Shown one piece after another: positions 9,465 to 19,715 of a stretch of DNA of 64,000 nucleotides. This DNA is from a virus (lineage: Duplodnaviria; Caudoviricetes), in IMG/VR virus record IMGVR_UViG_645948442_000001, positions 32,001-96,000 of that record; one strand, written 5' to 3'. How positions within the stretch are numbered: position 1 is the first letter of the stretch; every line of letters starts with the position of its first letter. The notes beneath the pieces are model-generated. The model was not told where the DNA came from, searched no databases, and was given only the letters and a program-made list of their open reading frames with translations. Both the position numbers and the translations under genes were made by a program.

Positions 9465-11222
9465 TCAAGACCATCCAAATGGGTTGCGAGCAAAGGGGTT
9501 GCCTGAATGCATGGATCGCAATCCCAGTTCGGCATCCTCATCGTCGATCTCCTGGTCAAGGTGGAAACCGTGTATTGGGAGCATCGTCTTGGCATCATCC
9601 ATGCTTGCGGCTGCAGAGTGCATCGCACGCTGGATGTCTGTTGATGTGTACTCCTTGAACCACTCCTGCTTGACCAGCCAGGAGAACAGGAACATGGTGG
9701 CCACAGTGTCGTCGTGACAGCCTTCATCAGCTTCGAAACTCGAACCCTTCGCGATGAAGGTGCCCAGTTCAGCAATGATGTCGGAGTCCTCGATGATCAG
9801 GGTGTCTGCCTCGATCATTGCCTTCAAGTTGGCGCAACCGATGCCCTTCACAGGCTTGGTTGTCTTCAGGCCGGGTGCCCCGGCGCCCACTTGCAGGCTC
9901 AGGCCCTTCTTGGGGTCTGATTTGGAGCAGATCACACCCTCATACTCAAGCTCATAGAACGTGATGTAGGAGACTTGGCCGCCCACATCATTGTTGTTCT
10001 CGATCAGCACGGGGCAATCGTTGTACAGACCGCACAGGCTGACGATCTGATACGGGAACACGATGGGGGCGATCTCGTTGTTGCGGTACTTGGCCACAAC
10101 ACGGTACGGGATTTCAGTCACGTCAATGATGGTGCACACTGAATAGTCTGCCCCAACGCCACCGCCAGAGTCAGCGATTCCAATATATTTATGGTCATCA
10201 ACTGGCTCAACGAAAATCTTCAGGTGCTCATCCTCGCGCAGCGGGTTGATGAATCCCATGCGCTCCAGGGTCATGGGTGGGATCAAGCACCCAGATGAGC
10301 CCAGGAACGACAGCTCATGCTCCTGCTTGAACTTGGTCGGGCCGATCTTGCGGATGGACAGCTCCTTCCAGGCCTCATCTCGGCGTGGGTGCCGGTACCA
10401 TGGGACGGCCAGGCGGGCGAAGCCGTTGTACACATCAGAGTTGGGGTCCTCGGACTCCTTCCAGATTTTGTAGAACACACCACGGGCACCGTTGGGTGTG
10501 CTAGTCAGAATGGCCTTGGATGTATCGCCAGAGGACAGCACAGGGAATGTGGATGTCCAGAACTCTTCATCGCGCGCCGTGAAGGCTGATTCGTCCCAGT
10601 AGATGCCGTTCAGCGCTTTACCGCGAACAGTGTCTGGGTCACTGGTACCCGAGAACACCTTGGACATGTTCTCCAGTTCAACTTCAGCCAGGTTGAATCG
10701 CACAGCACCGATCTGCATGAAGTACGGCAGTTCCTGGAACATCACACGGTAGCGGTCCATCACTTCCAACGCGGCAGAAGACTTGTTGGCCAGCACAGCC
10801 CAGTTCTTCTCTTTGTTGAACAGAGTTTCCCACAGCAGGAAGGCCGCGACAGTGGTCGTATTGTGGGATGCAACGCCGTTGGTGTAGTAGATTTTGTCTT
10901 CACCAACCAGCTCTAGATCAAACATGTGCTCGGCATGACCTCTGAAACCAACGGAGACAACAGGAGACGGCCCGACACGAGTCGCCACCAATACGCCCAC
11001 AGTCAGCTCCTTCATGTACTTCTCGCTGCCGTCGGCCATCACGACGATGTGGTCGTCGGCACCTTCCAGCATCAGGCCGTTCGCCATCGCAATGTGATAG
11101 ATGCGATATGGCTCTGTCTTGTGGATGGCCTTGACGGGCTTCCAACCACCAGGCCCCTCGACTTCCCAGCCATCAGCCTCCAAGTCGAACGACCCCACAA
11201 ACTTGCGACTGGGTTTGTCCAT
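9465..11222 (-). CDS. gp17: large terminase C-terminal part preceded by split-intein C-fragment
   Basis: aa 1-121 intein-like ending VASHN; then TTT, Walker B WDESAF, TSTPNG, nuclease DSGGGVGADYS and HDD. Confidence 0.93.
   Translation of the reverse strand: MDKPSRKFVGSFDLEADGWEVEGPGGWKPVKAIHKTEPYRIYHIAMANGLMLEGADDHIVVMADGSEKYMKELTVGVLVATRVGPSPVVSVGFRGHAEHMFDLELVGEDKIYYTNGVASHNTTTVAAFLLWETLFNKEKNWAVLANKSSAALEVMDRYRVMFQELPYFMQIGAVRFNLAEVELENMSKVFSGTSDPDTVRGKALNGIYWDESAFTARDEEFWTSTFPVLSSGDTSKAILTSTPNGARGVFYKIWKESEDPNSDVYNGFARLAVPWYRHPRRDEAWKELSIRKIGPTKFKQEHELSFLGSSGCLIPPMTLERMGFINPLREDEHLKIFVEPVDDHKYIGIADSGGGVGADYSVCTIIDVTEIPYRVVAKYRNNEIAPIVFPYQIVSLCGLYNDCPVLIENNNDVGGQVSYITFYELEYEGVICSKSDPKKGLSLQVGAGAPGLKTTKPVKGIGCANLKAMIEADTLIIEDSDIIAELGTFIAKGSSFEADEGCHDDTVATMFLFSWLVKQEWFKEYTSTDIQRAMHSAAASMDDAKTMLPIHGFHLDQEIDDEDAELGLRSMHSGNPFARNPFGWS
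10860..11222 (-). mobile_element. split intein C-fragment (121 aa)
   Basis: Block B ADDH, block F MFDL, block G YYTNGVASHN followed by Thr. Confidence 0.88.
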
Positions 11223-11270
11223 GTGTACTCCAAATGAAAAGGGCGGACCTTGCGGCCCGCCCCTTACTTA

Positions 11271-11738
11271 TCAACCCCGGCCATCAAGCTGCTGAACAGC
11301 CCACTCCCGGAATTCACTCCAGGTGTAGAAATCAGCAATCCTCATGGTGATGGGGTCTCCTCCCGCCTTGCGCAGCTTGATCTCAGTATCGCCCTGCACA
11401 CACTTGCCCATCTGCCGGGCTGTGCATGCTACTGAGAATCGGTTGTTCACATACATGTTGATCAGGTCGGCCTGATAGTCAAACAGCTCGAATGGCTGTA
11501 AACCATGGTCCACCGTCATGATGCGGCAGTATGTCTCGACGAAGTAGATGGGATCGAACAGACACTTGGCCAACTCCAGTGTCTGTTCATCGGTCAAGGC
11601 GATTTCAACCCCTGCCCGTTTCACCATCGGCTTGTCGGGCAGGACGTGGGCCTGGTACAGCTGCACGTCCTGCACTGGCCACTTTTTCTTGCCTCCATCC
11701 TTCATGCGAATGGGGCGACCCAGATCAGCCTTGGCCAT
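11271..11738 (-). CDS. gp17: large terminase N-terminal part followed by split-intein N-fragment
   Basis: KCLFDPIYFVETY, adenine-binding YQ, Walker A ARQMGK then CVQGDT. Confidence 0.93.
   Translation of the reverse strand: MAKADLGRPIRMKDGGKKKWPVQDVQLYQAHVLPDKPMVKRAGVEIALTDEQTLELAKCLFDPIYFVETYCRIMTVDHGLQPFELFDYQADLINMYVNNRFSVACTARQMGKCVQGDTEIKLRKAGGDPITMRIADFYTWSEFREWAVQQLDGRG
11274..11402 (-). mobile_element. split intein N-fragment (43 aa)
   Basis: Block A CVQGDTEI directly after the Walker A lysine; stop after 43 residues. Confidence 0.88.
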
Positions 11739-12339
11739 CTGCCTTCACCTCTACATGCTGTGCCACAGGCAGCGGCTTGGGCTGGAACTTGGTGCCCGTG
11801 GAGCTCAAAGCCTGGAGCGTCCCGGCATTGTCCCTGAGCAGTTCCAGGATGGATGCCGTGGTGTGAGAACCCATGGTCCCGGACCCTGGTACAGCCCCAG
11901 CGTTAACGTTGACATTCACCCCACCCGAGACAGGGTTCTGAATCTCACTCAGCTTTTTCTGAATGTTCAGGACGTCCATTGCGATCGCCCTGGTGGTGTT
12001 GGCCAGAGCATTGAGAGAGTCGAAAGCGCGAGGGTGTTCAGTCTGCAGAGCAACCTGACTAGCCGTGCTCACAGCCTGCATCATGATGCCCAACAGGGCA
12101 GACATGTTGTCTCGAGACTTGTGATAGTCGTCGGCCACATCATCAGTGTCATTCGACTTGATATTGGACTTCAGCTGTTCGATGATCAGAGTCTGGCGTT
12201 CAGGAGGCAGTTCCTTGAACTCATCCAGGCTCATGCCCATCTCTCCAGCGGTCTGCCCCAACAGACCGTCAATCAAGGCTCGGTCATCAGAGGGTGGTCC
12301 GCCGATGCCCAATGCATCTTTGAGTGCGTCACGAGACAT
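11725..12339 (-). CDS. gp16: small terminase subunit (gp16-like)
   Basis: DDYHKSRDN, EHPRAF motifs; directly upstream of large terminase. Confidence 0.85.
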   Translation of the reverse strand: MSRDALKDALGIGGPPSDDRALIDGLLGQTAGEMGMSLDEFKELPPERQTLIIEQLKSNIKSNDTDDVADDYHKSRDNMSALLGIMMQAVSTASQVALQTEHPRAFDSLNALANTTRAIAMDVLNIQKKLSEIQNPVSGGVNVNVNAGAVPGSGTMGSHTTASILELLRDNAGTLQALSSTGTKFQPKPLPVAQHVEVKADGQG

Positions 12340-13103
12340 TATTTCTTCACTTTCTTCTGGGAGTTGGACAGGCGTTTGTCTTGGGTGACGGCCGATCCAG
12401 AGTTGATGTGTTCAGTCTTCTGCTTGTCTGTGGCCGTCTCAACGAACTCCATGTCCGCGAAGGCAATGGCGGTCTCGGTCACAACACCCATGCTGACTGC
12501 TGGTTTATACAGGAAACCTTTGACTGTGAAACTCAGGATGATGTCCACATATCGGTTTTCCTCATACGATTGCTCGTAGTTATCCTGGAACACAGGGTTG
12601 CCTTCCAGGGTGAAGTTGATGTCCCTTTCGATGCCCGCCTCTCGTTGGTCGGTCACCGGGATGGAGATGGTTGGCTCAAACTGCACGACAATCGTCTCAC
12701 AGATCAAGCTGGCCTCCTCGATGGTGTGGGCCCGGATGTGCAACTCATATGTGAAGTTGTAGGGCCGGGGAGTCATGGTGACGTTGCGGCTGTAGGGGGC
12801 CTGGTCACTGATCTTCCCCGGATAGCTGCGCATCTGGGTCACACGGGCGTCGTCCAACATGAGGCCAGTCAACTCGAAGCTCATGGCAGGCAGATTCATG
12901 CCATGCTTGATCTCAGAGTCGTCCAGCTGCTGGTTGCGGATGTTGGCCCCGCCATACTTGATGGGGATGTCCACAATCGATACGACACCACGCTTGTCTT
13001 TGCGGGCGATCTTCACCCCAGACAGAAGGGCGCCGAGCAGGCCGGTGTACTTCTTGATCTGGCTCTCGCCCACTATCGTCTTCTCGCCAAACAGAATAGA
13101 CAT
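12339..13103 (-). CDS. gp15: tail sheath completion protein (gp15-like)
   Basis: IPIKYG, LPAMSFE, PYNFTYEL, FTVKGFLY; synteny. Confidence 0.9.
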   Translation of the reverse strand: MSILFGEKTIVGESQIKKYTGLLGALLSGVKIARKDKRGVVSIVDIPIKYGGANIRNQQLDDSEIKHGMNLPAMSFELTGLMLDDARVTQMRSYPGKISDQAPYSRNVTMTPRPYNFTYELHIRAHTIEEASLICETIVVQFEPTISIPVTDQREAGIERDINFTLEGNPVFQDNYEQSYEENRYVDIILSFTVKGFLYKPAVSMGVVTETAIAFADMEFVETATDKQKTEHINSGSAVTQDKRLSNSQKKVKK

Positions 13104-13780
13104 CAGCAGCCCTCGAATGGGTTATTCTGGTCAAACTTGGGAGCGATGGCGTCGTGTCCGGCATCCTCAAGGTCAGAGCCCTGGTTTTGCTGGTCGCTGG
13201 GCTTCAGACCCAAAGCCTTGCTCATACCGTCGACAGCCTTATCGGACAGCATTTCACCGAAATCCTCACGACCCAGCTCATCGCCCACGAAGTCCTCATT
13301 GGATGGGTCGTAGGTCACGCATTCCAACCGCCAGACGTAGTTCTTACCATGCCGGTAATACTTGGGGTCCTCCTTGACCTTGCGGATACGCCACAGGGTC
13401 TTGGACATGGGCATGTAGATGACGTCATCCTCCAATGGTGCTGGGTTGGGGTCATTATTGGCTCGGGCCTCAACCTCAAACCGGGTCTTGGCCACTTGCA
13501 GGGTGCACTGGTCGGTGCTGATGAGACCAAACTTGCTGAACAGGTCACCGTCACCGTTGAAGTTGACCACATCGTACTGGTACATCTCAATCTCCCAGCC
13601 CTTCTGGTACTGGTTAGAGACAGACTCACGGTACAGGGGGTCCAGGGCCAGCTGTTCTTTGCGCATGAACAACACATCCTGCCCAGAAGCCTGGATGGAC
13701 TCAATGATCAAGGACTCAAGCAGGTCTTGCCCCTGGACTTGCCCCGCCGATGGGGAGTTGAGATAAGCATTCACTGCCAT
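13103..13780 (-). CDS. gp14: neck protein (gp14-like)
   Basis: LIIESI, DLFSKFGL, DVIYMP, C-terminal NPF. Confidence 0.9.
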   Translation of the reverse strand: MAVNAYLNSPSAGQVQGQDLLESLIIESIQASGQDVLFMRKEQLALDPLYRESVSNQYQKGWEIEMYQYDVVNFNGDGDLFSKFGLISTDQCTLQVAKTRFEVEARANNDPNPAPLEDDVIYMPMSKTLWRIRKVKEDPKYYRHGKNYVWRLECVTYDPSNEDFVGDELGREDFGEMLSDKAVDGMSKALGLKPSDQQNQGSDLEDAGHDAIAPKFDQNNPFEGC

Positions 13781-13790
13781 GGTCGGTTCC

Positions 13791-14552
13791 TCAGAAGATG
13801 TAGATCATGTCCACTGCCTCGTCTTTGAGGCGTTGGAGACAAGTTGCTTCCTCCTCCTTCCCCTCACGGTACAAGGAGTCGCCGTCGACCGTGATGTCTC
13901 CTGGGAGAGTCATACCCTGAAACTTGCGCAGGTTCATGCCCCAGGTCTGTTTCACCAGAGCCGTCGACAGCTCTTTCAGCGTTTCGTTGTCGAAGAACAG
14001 AGAACTGTCCACTCGATTGGGCTCTGTGAGTTCGGGGTCCACTCGCTCTATGGTGCGCAAAGCATATGGTCGATCCGTTTGCACCTTGAACTTGAAGATC
14101 AGGCGGCGCTGGGCATGCACATAGTGGAAGTGGGGGTTGCCGCGCAGCACCTGCTTCGTGTTCAGGATACGTTGTTGAGCCCCCACGTAGTCCACCAGGC
14201 TGATGGGCAGGAAGCGGTTGGAGCTCATAGTCACAGATGCCATCATCTGCCACTCGGCTGAGGCGAAGTTGCCGTTGCCGAAAATCTCAGTGCCGTGGAT
14301 GACTTCGATAACACTCTCCACCTGGTCAGGCAGGATGATGTAGCCGTTCTTGACGTCTTCTTCAGTCGGGCGGAAGGTGTATGCCGACTCGAAGGTAGCA
14401 TCGTAGTGCCAACGCCACACTTGCTTCATAGCGGTGTCGATGCAGTTTTGAATCTGGGCATCGGTCACGTTGACCTGGTTGATGGGGTGTCCCAAGTTCA
14501 TCAGGATGATGTTCTTGAGGTCTTCGCGGGAACGGGAACGGTTCAGCATCAC
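13791..14552 (-). CDS. gp13: neck protein (gp13-like)
   Basis: LGHPINQVNVT, TALVKQTWGMNLRKF, LPG.ITVDG. Confidence 0.9.
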   Translation of the reverse strand: MMLNRSRSREDLKNIILMNLGHPINQVNVTDAQIQNCIDTAMKQVWRWHYDATFESAYTFRPTEEDVKNGYIILPDQVESVIEVIHGTEIFGNGNFASAEWQMMASVTMSSNRFLPISLVDYVGAQQRILNTKQVLRGNPHFHYVHAQRRLIFKFKVQTDRPYALRTIERVDPELTEPNRVDSSLFFDNETLKELSTALVKQTWGMNLRKFQGMTLPGDITVDGDSLYREGKEEEATCLQRLKDEAVDMIYIF

Positions 14553-14764
14553 TTGCTCCTGAGGATTTTCAAAATTTCACCGATGTCTCTTTTCAGCCCC
14601 GCAACTTCTTGCTCTAGGGCTTCCATCCTGGATTCCTTCTCAGCAAACTTGCGACGCTGCTCAACGAAAGCCAGGTAGGATTCTCTGTCTGTGTTCACAA
14701 TGGCTGAACCGCGACGGCGCAGCTCCGGGTGCCCTTCTACCTTCACATCCATATCACACTCCAA
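14549..14764 (-). CDS. small coiled-coil hypothetical protein
   Basis: VEGHPEL..AIVNTD motif; GGAG RBS suggests start near 14752. Confidence 0.7.
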   Translation of the reverse strand: MECDMDVKVEGHPELRRRGSAIVNTDRESYLAFVEQRRKFAEKESRMEALEQEVAGLKRDIGEILKILRSK

Positions 14765-14804
14765 AAGGACAAAGGGCGGACCCTACGGCCCGCCCTCGTA
14801 TTTA

Positions 14805-17800
14805 TCAAGCCAGCGCCACGCTCCGGAAGTCTTCAATTTCCGGGGTGTCTGTGCTATCCGAACCGAAGAACACGATTCGTTGCTTCACGCCCACGAATGG
14901 GACTGTGGTGGTGTAGTTGTACTCAATCTCTTGGAACGACTTGCTGTCGTTGACGACAGGCTTGGTCGGGTTGATGGTCGTCCATGGGATATCGTTCAGG
15001 TTTTGGTCACCAGTCGTCATGGGCTTGATCTGCACCACAATGCGGTTGGAACCCGGCAGTCGAACGTTGGCCCAGCAGCGGAATGCTGTGTTGGGGTTGT
15101 CATACTTGAGGGAGTTCGACACATACGAGAAGTAAGGGATGGAGTCGTGGATCCGACGGTGGCGGAAGCTAATGGCACCACCGTTCAGGTCGAACAGAGG
15201 AGTCATGTAGCCATCCGTGGTGTTCATCGTGCACCTGATCTCGAAGTCGCCCTCGTTGATCAGCACCCCCTCTTCAGGGAGAGACACGAATTGATCCGTG
15301 TAGTCGAACTTGACCCAACCGCTCTTCGCCCGGCTGGCCTGTCGCGTGTATTGGTATTCCCACACCAGTGATGTGCCCTGCCTGTTGATCGCGCCCGCCT
15401 CGACCCGGAACTCGCTGATAGGCATGTTGGTCTGAACGATGATCGTCTCTCCGCCGAACACGCCATCGGAGGTCGCATTCTTGGGCATTGTGACAGTCAC
15501 TTGGTCCAGATCAACCACGGTGATCACCGTGTGCTCCTTGTTCAACTCGTTGGCCAGGTATCCATTGCCGGCAGCCGCGCCAGACACAACGAACTTGTCA
15601 CCAGGCCGCAGACCGTGGGAACGGATGTTCATCGTGACAGTAGCGTTGCCATTGGTGGACAGGAACGCATTGATCGCAGCACGCACAGCATCCGGCTTAC
15701 CAGACTTCACCAGAGTGATCGCAGGGGTGTTGGTGGTGAAGTTGGCAGCGTAGACCTGGAGCTTCAAGTCCTCAAACTGGTGAGGAGTCCAAGTCATGGC
15801 GTTGGCGGAAGTCAGGAACACGCCCATGTCAGGCTGCTTGGTGACTTGCTCCCTCGTGCCGATCTTGAAGTTGCCCATCACAGCCTTGTACACCTCGTAC
15901 TCTTGGGTGTCAGCCACAAGCACGATGGAATACTCGGTGTTAGCCTCCAGGAATGGAGGATCATCGAATTCAAACGCCGTGGGTACGGAGCCGTCGGCCG
16001 ATGTGGTGATCTGGGATGGGTAGATCGTCTTGGCGCCGAAAACCAGAACCTGATTGGTCGGGAGACCCACCAGGTTGGTGCGGATTTCCATCGTCACGGG
16101 AATGGTCTGCGCCTTGTGAGCGAAATACACATTCACCTTGGACAGATACATGCCGCCAGGAGGGGTTACAAAGAAGGTCTGGGCGATAGGGTCATACGGC
16201 TCCTGGATGTACGTCAGGTTCTGGCGAATCTTCATGTCATGGTAGTTGTCGACTCGCTTCACCTGTCGGATGCCGCCGGATTCGAACACGATCTTCCCGG
16301 ATGTCACGCTGGTGGGCAGGTTCTCGCCAGTCGGGATGTCGCTGAATTTCAGCTCAGTCTCGCCAGTACGGAAACGTTGAGCTGCCGAGTTGGGGACATT
16401 GAAGGTCACCTTGGCCTTGCCCTCGCTGGACACCATGATGGGGTCGCCAGGGTTCGCGGGGCCGAAGCCGTTCCAGGGGCGCATGTATTGACTGACAGGC
16501 ACGCCACCGAAGAACCCGTACAGACGGCCTTGCGGTCGGAAATTCTCCAGCTCGCACACGATCTCAATAGGACGCATGTACTCAATAGGAGCAGATTCCA
16601 GCAGCAAGGTCTCAGAACGCACGTTGTCAGATGTGATCTGGTCAGTGAGGAAAGTGCGTGTCTGCGTCTGGCTCCAGAAAGTGTGGGAAATCAGCTTGTT
16701 GACGAGAGTGGGCGCCTTGTTGTAGGTCTGGTAACGCACCGAAACGCCAGCGACGTCGGTGTAAACCACATCGTAGGTGTTGGTGGGCGGCTGCCAGATG
16801 GTATCGACCCAGAAGTCATTGTTGGGGGTGGCCTTGATGCGTCCAGTCCAGGTGAACACAGCATACGGGTTGATGTTGGTGGTGTCCGTAGCGTAGGGCT
16901 GTTCACTGATCAGACGGTGGTCATACGCGATGGTCGCCAGGTCGCCTACATGCCGAACGTTGCTGCCACTCACATAGATCAAGCTGGTCACCGTCTCCCG
17001 GATAGGAGCTTGGATGCGATTTGTGTCAACGTCCAGAACGCCACCCCACTGGGAGTCCAGGAAGTCGCAACGGGAGCTGTCATCGAAACCGTCAGCGAAG
17101 AACCCATTCTTGTAGCGGTCATTGCCTGTCACAGGATCCTTGACCTGGGTGGTCTTGGTCTTCTGTTCCAGCATAGTCAGCGAGGTGTAGTACTCCAGGT
17201 TGCCGATACGGCGCTCGAGACCACCAATGTCACGCATGGTGTACCGACGGTTGTCGATCTTGCTGACCATGATATCTTTGATGTTCTCGGTGTACGCAGG
17301 CACGAACAGATTGAACAGCAGCATCGTGTTGGCAGGAGCCCTCGGCAGAATCTGCTCCAGGCTGGAAGTGCCGCGCAACCAAAGGTAGCGTCCGTCGGCA
17401 TCCAGATAGACGCCATCCACACGAGACATGTAGTATGTCAAGTCATACCGCACACTGGCCGAAGGGTCAACCATGTCACCGTTGAAGGTGCTGGAAGTGA
17501 AGTTGCCGCTGGCGTCCTTCACCTGGCGGAAATCGAGGCAGTCGGCAAGAGACACTTCCTTGCGGGCAGCGGTCTCCTTCGTCTTGGGGATGTCTTCCCG
17601 CGCCATACCACCGTAGGAGTCCACAGTGAAGTAGTCGCCCATGGAGTGCTCAAAATACTGGTACGTGACCGAGTACGTTTGGCGCAGGTTGGCTCCAGAC
17701 TTGGTGTAGATTTCCCCCACCTCGTACCAGTTGGGGCGCTGGCCAGTGAAGTGGCTGAATGCCGCGACCTCGTCCAGCTGGTTGGTGGTGTTCACCACGG

Positions 17801-19652
17801 AGACCAGTCGAATCACGTCAGCATGAGGCAGTTTCTTGCGATTCTCCACATCGAACACGATGGTTGCAGTGGCGGTCTTCAAGGTCTTCACCTTGGGGGC
17901 CGGGTTCATTTTCAGAACCGACGTCTGTACACGGACGGTCTTGCCGGCCTGACTAGCGCCGAGATTGACATTCAGTGTCCGGCCGACAGGAGAACCACCG
18001 ACGCTCAGAGACGTCATCGGGTCAAACTGCGTGCCGGGGGTAGAAGCGCCAGTCAGAGCCACTGCATAGTTGTAGGGGTCTACAGGGTTGAAAGACTCGC
18101 TCGCCACCAGCGAAATGGAACCCACGCCCTGAGCATCCAGAACAATGTCTACTGCCCGCACAACAGAATAGGAAGTGTCCTGTCCACCGGCTCCTGCCAT
18201 CGTCTTGACAGCGGGGTACGCAAGCGGGAACACGGAGGAGTCCAGGGTGCTGTCGAAGATGGAGTCGCCAGACATATCAGCTTCGAAGTAATTGGAAATG
18301 TCGCTGTACTTCACCTTCTTCGCATCGTAGAACGTCTTGCCAGCCAGGAACTTGACGTCAAAGATGAACATCCGGAGGGTGGAGTTGTCTCGCTTGGTCG
18401 CGCGGCAACGGAAAGTGCCAACCTTGGTCGTACCGTCTGCGGCCAAGAAGTCGAACACTTGCTTGATGTCGATCTTGGGCAGGCTCTTCACGTTCTTCAC
18501 GACGATGAAAGAGCCATAGTTGGGGTACATCACATCGTTGTTGGCAATAGCGGTATCCCGGGCCTTCTCACCAATGATGTCTTCGAAACCATTGATTTCG
18601 CTGCGTCGGCCCAGAACGTAGGACACGCCCTGCCCCAGACGGGCGACATACTTGGAGTTGTCGCCTGCCGGTGCGGGGAACACACCATCCGGGTGCTTGG
18701 CGTCCCGCAGATGGTCCAGCATGGTGATCGGGTAGTCATAGACTGTGTAATCACCGTTGGTCTCGTACGTGCGCTGCTCAATAGCACGCATGATGATGGA
18801 ATAGGCAGTGCCTTCGACCTTTCGCTGTACCTTACCATCAGAGAACCGAACGAGCTCCACGAAGGTGGGGTCCGCCACGTCCTCGGTGTTGGAACTCAGC
18901 GTCAGATCGAACTTCAGACGGGCCGCGCCAGGCGCCTTGTAGTTGGGGAAACCGGATGCGTTGGAGAACAGGCTCGGGTCTTGCTCTTCGGTAACCAGGG
19001 TTTCGGTGACAGTGAAACCAGCGCGACGGAAAGCAGTGACGTCTTCCGTTTCAGCCAGGATGGTTTGACCTTCGCAGCGGACCAGGTGTCCGCGAACGAA
19101 GTACACACCAGGAGCGACGGACACCAGGATGCCCTTGTCTGGCCGAATCACAGTCAGCGTAGCCAGCAAAGTGTCCTGGCCGTCAACCCGACGCACGAGG
19201 AACACACTTTCATCAACGATGAAACGTGGGCGGCCTGTGCCCGTCTCTGCGCTCTGGTATTCCACAGCCAGAGCGTTGGCCAGCAGGCCTTGTTGCTTGC
19301 GGATAGCCAGTACCTTGGCTTCAATGCCAGCACCGGTGCCACCAGACTTGACATACAGGTCGGCGAGATCAGACTGGAACTGGGTCAGGTCCAGATCACC
19401 GTAGATGTTGCAGGTGATGAAGTCCTGCTCGGTGGTCGCGTTCACCCCGCCAGGGATCACGATAGCGCCTTCCTCGAACAGATGACGCCCAGTGCGATTG
19501 ATCTGGTCTTGGAGAATGGTTTGGAGTTGGGTCAGTTCGCGGGCCTGCACAGTGCGGCCCGGTCGGAACAGAATCCTGTGGAAATTCTTGGCCGCTTCAT
19601 AGTCATCGAAGAACGGCGGCACGTTCAAGTCGGTCTGCTGCAGATCGCTCAT
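14805..19652 (-). CDS. large virion structural protein (VrlC/DUF4815-like)
   Basis: PFFDDY, RILFRPG..VQARELTQLQ, RRYTMRDIGGLERRI.NLEYY, NINPYAV, DPIAQTF. Confidence 0.85.
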   Translation of the reverse strand: MSDLQQTDLNVPPFFDDYEAAKNFHRILFRPGRTVQARELTQLQTILQDQINRTGRHLFEEGAIVIPGGVNATTEQDFITCNIYGDLDLTQFQSDLADLYVKSGGTGAGIEAKVLAIRKQQGLLANALAVEYQSAETGTGRPRFIVDESVFLVRRVDGQDTLLATLTVIRPDKGILVSVAPGVYFVRGHLVRCEGQTILAETEDVTAFRRAGFTVTETLVTEEQDPSLFSNASGFPNYKAPGAARLKFDLTLSSNTEDVADPTFVELVRFSDGKVQRKVEGTAYSIIMRAIEQRTYETNGDYTVYDYPITMLDHLRDAKHPDGVFPAPAGDNSKYVARLGQGVSYVLGRRSEINGFEDIIGEKARDTAIANNDVMYPNYGSFIVVKNVKSLPKIDIKQVFDFLAADGTTKVGTFRCRATKRDNSTLRMFIFDVKFLAGKTFYDAKKVKYSDISNYFEADMSGDSIFDSTLDSSVFPLAYPAVKTMAGAGGQDTSYSVVRAVDIVLDAQGVGSISLVASESFNPVDPYNYAVALTGASTPGTQFDPMTSLSVGGSPVGRTLNVNLGASQAGKTVRVQTSVLKMNPAPKVKTLKTATATIVFDVENRKKLPHADVIRLVSVVNTTNQLDEVAAFSHFTGQRPNWYEVGEIYTKSGANLRQTYSVTYQYFEHSMGDYFTVDSYGGMAREDIPKTKETAARKEVSLADCLDFRQVKDASGNFTSSTFNGDMVDPSASVRYDLTYYMSRVDGVYLDADGRYLWLRGTSSLEQILPRAPANTMLLFNLFVPAYTENIKDIMVSKIDNRRYTMRDIGGLERRIGNLEYYTSLTMLEQKTKTTQVKDPVTGNDRYKNGFFADGFDDSSRCDFLDSQWGGVLDVDTNRIQAPIRETVTSLIYVSGSNVRHVGDLATIAYDHRLISEQPYATDTTNINPYAVFTWTGRIKATPNNDFWVDTIWQPPTNTYDVVYTDVAGVSVRYQTYNKAPTLVNKLISHTFWSQTQTRTFLTDQITSDNVRSETLLLESAPIEYMRPIEIVCELENFRPQGRLYGFFGGVPVSQYMRPWNGFGPANPGDPIMVSSEGKAKVTFNVPNSAAQRFRTGETELKFSDIPTGENLPTSVTSGKIVFESGGIRQVKRVDNYHDMKIRQNLTYIQEPYDPIAQTFFVTPPGGMYLSKVNVYFAHKAQTIPVTMEIRTNLVGLPTNQVLVFGAKTIYPSQITTSADGSVPTAFEFDDPPFLEANTEYSIVLVADTQEYEVYKAVMGNFKIGTREQVTKQPDMGVFLTSANAMTWTPHQFEDLKLQVYAANFTTNTPAITLVKSGKPDAVRAAINAFLSTNGNATVTMNIRSHGLRPGDKFVVSGAAAGNGYLANELNKEHTVITVVDLDQVTVTMPKNATSDGVFGGETIIVQTNMPISEFRVEAGAINRQGTSLVWEYQYTRQASRAKSGWVKFDYTDQFVSLPEEGVLINEGDFEIRCTMNTTDGYMTPLFDLNGGAISFRHRRIHDSIPYFSYVSNSLKYDNPNTAFRCWANVRLPGSNRIVVQIKPMTTGDQNLNDIPWTTINPTKPVVNDSKSFQEIEYNYTTTVPFVGVKQRIVFFGSDSTDTPEIEDFRSVALA

Positions 19653-19672
19653 CTAACTCTCCTTGTTACCAT

Positions 19673-19715
19673 GTATTTAGCAAAAGAAAAGCCCCTCCAT
19701 TGAGGAGGGGCTCTT
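19673..19715 (-). promoter_or_regulatory. terminator hairpin plus late promoter cassette
   Basis: Matches 5551-5591 except for one loop base. Confidence 0.75.

Noticed and set aside
11223-11270. Self-splicing intron or programmed frameshift joining the terminase halves
   Set aside because: The gap is only 48 bp, has its own RBS, and intein blocks on both sides explain the join.
15501-19703. 1400-aa plus-strand ORF, and similar long antisense ORFs (461-1918, 6986-9658, 36168-37445, 45128-46435)
   Set aside because: They are mirror frames of well-supported genes, expected from strong third-position C/G bias; no RBS or recognisable motifs.
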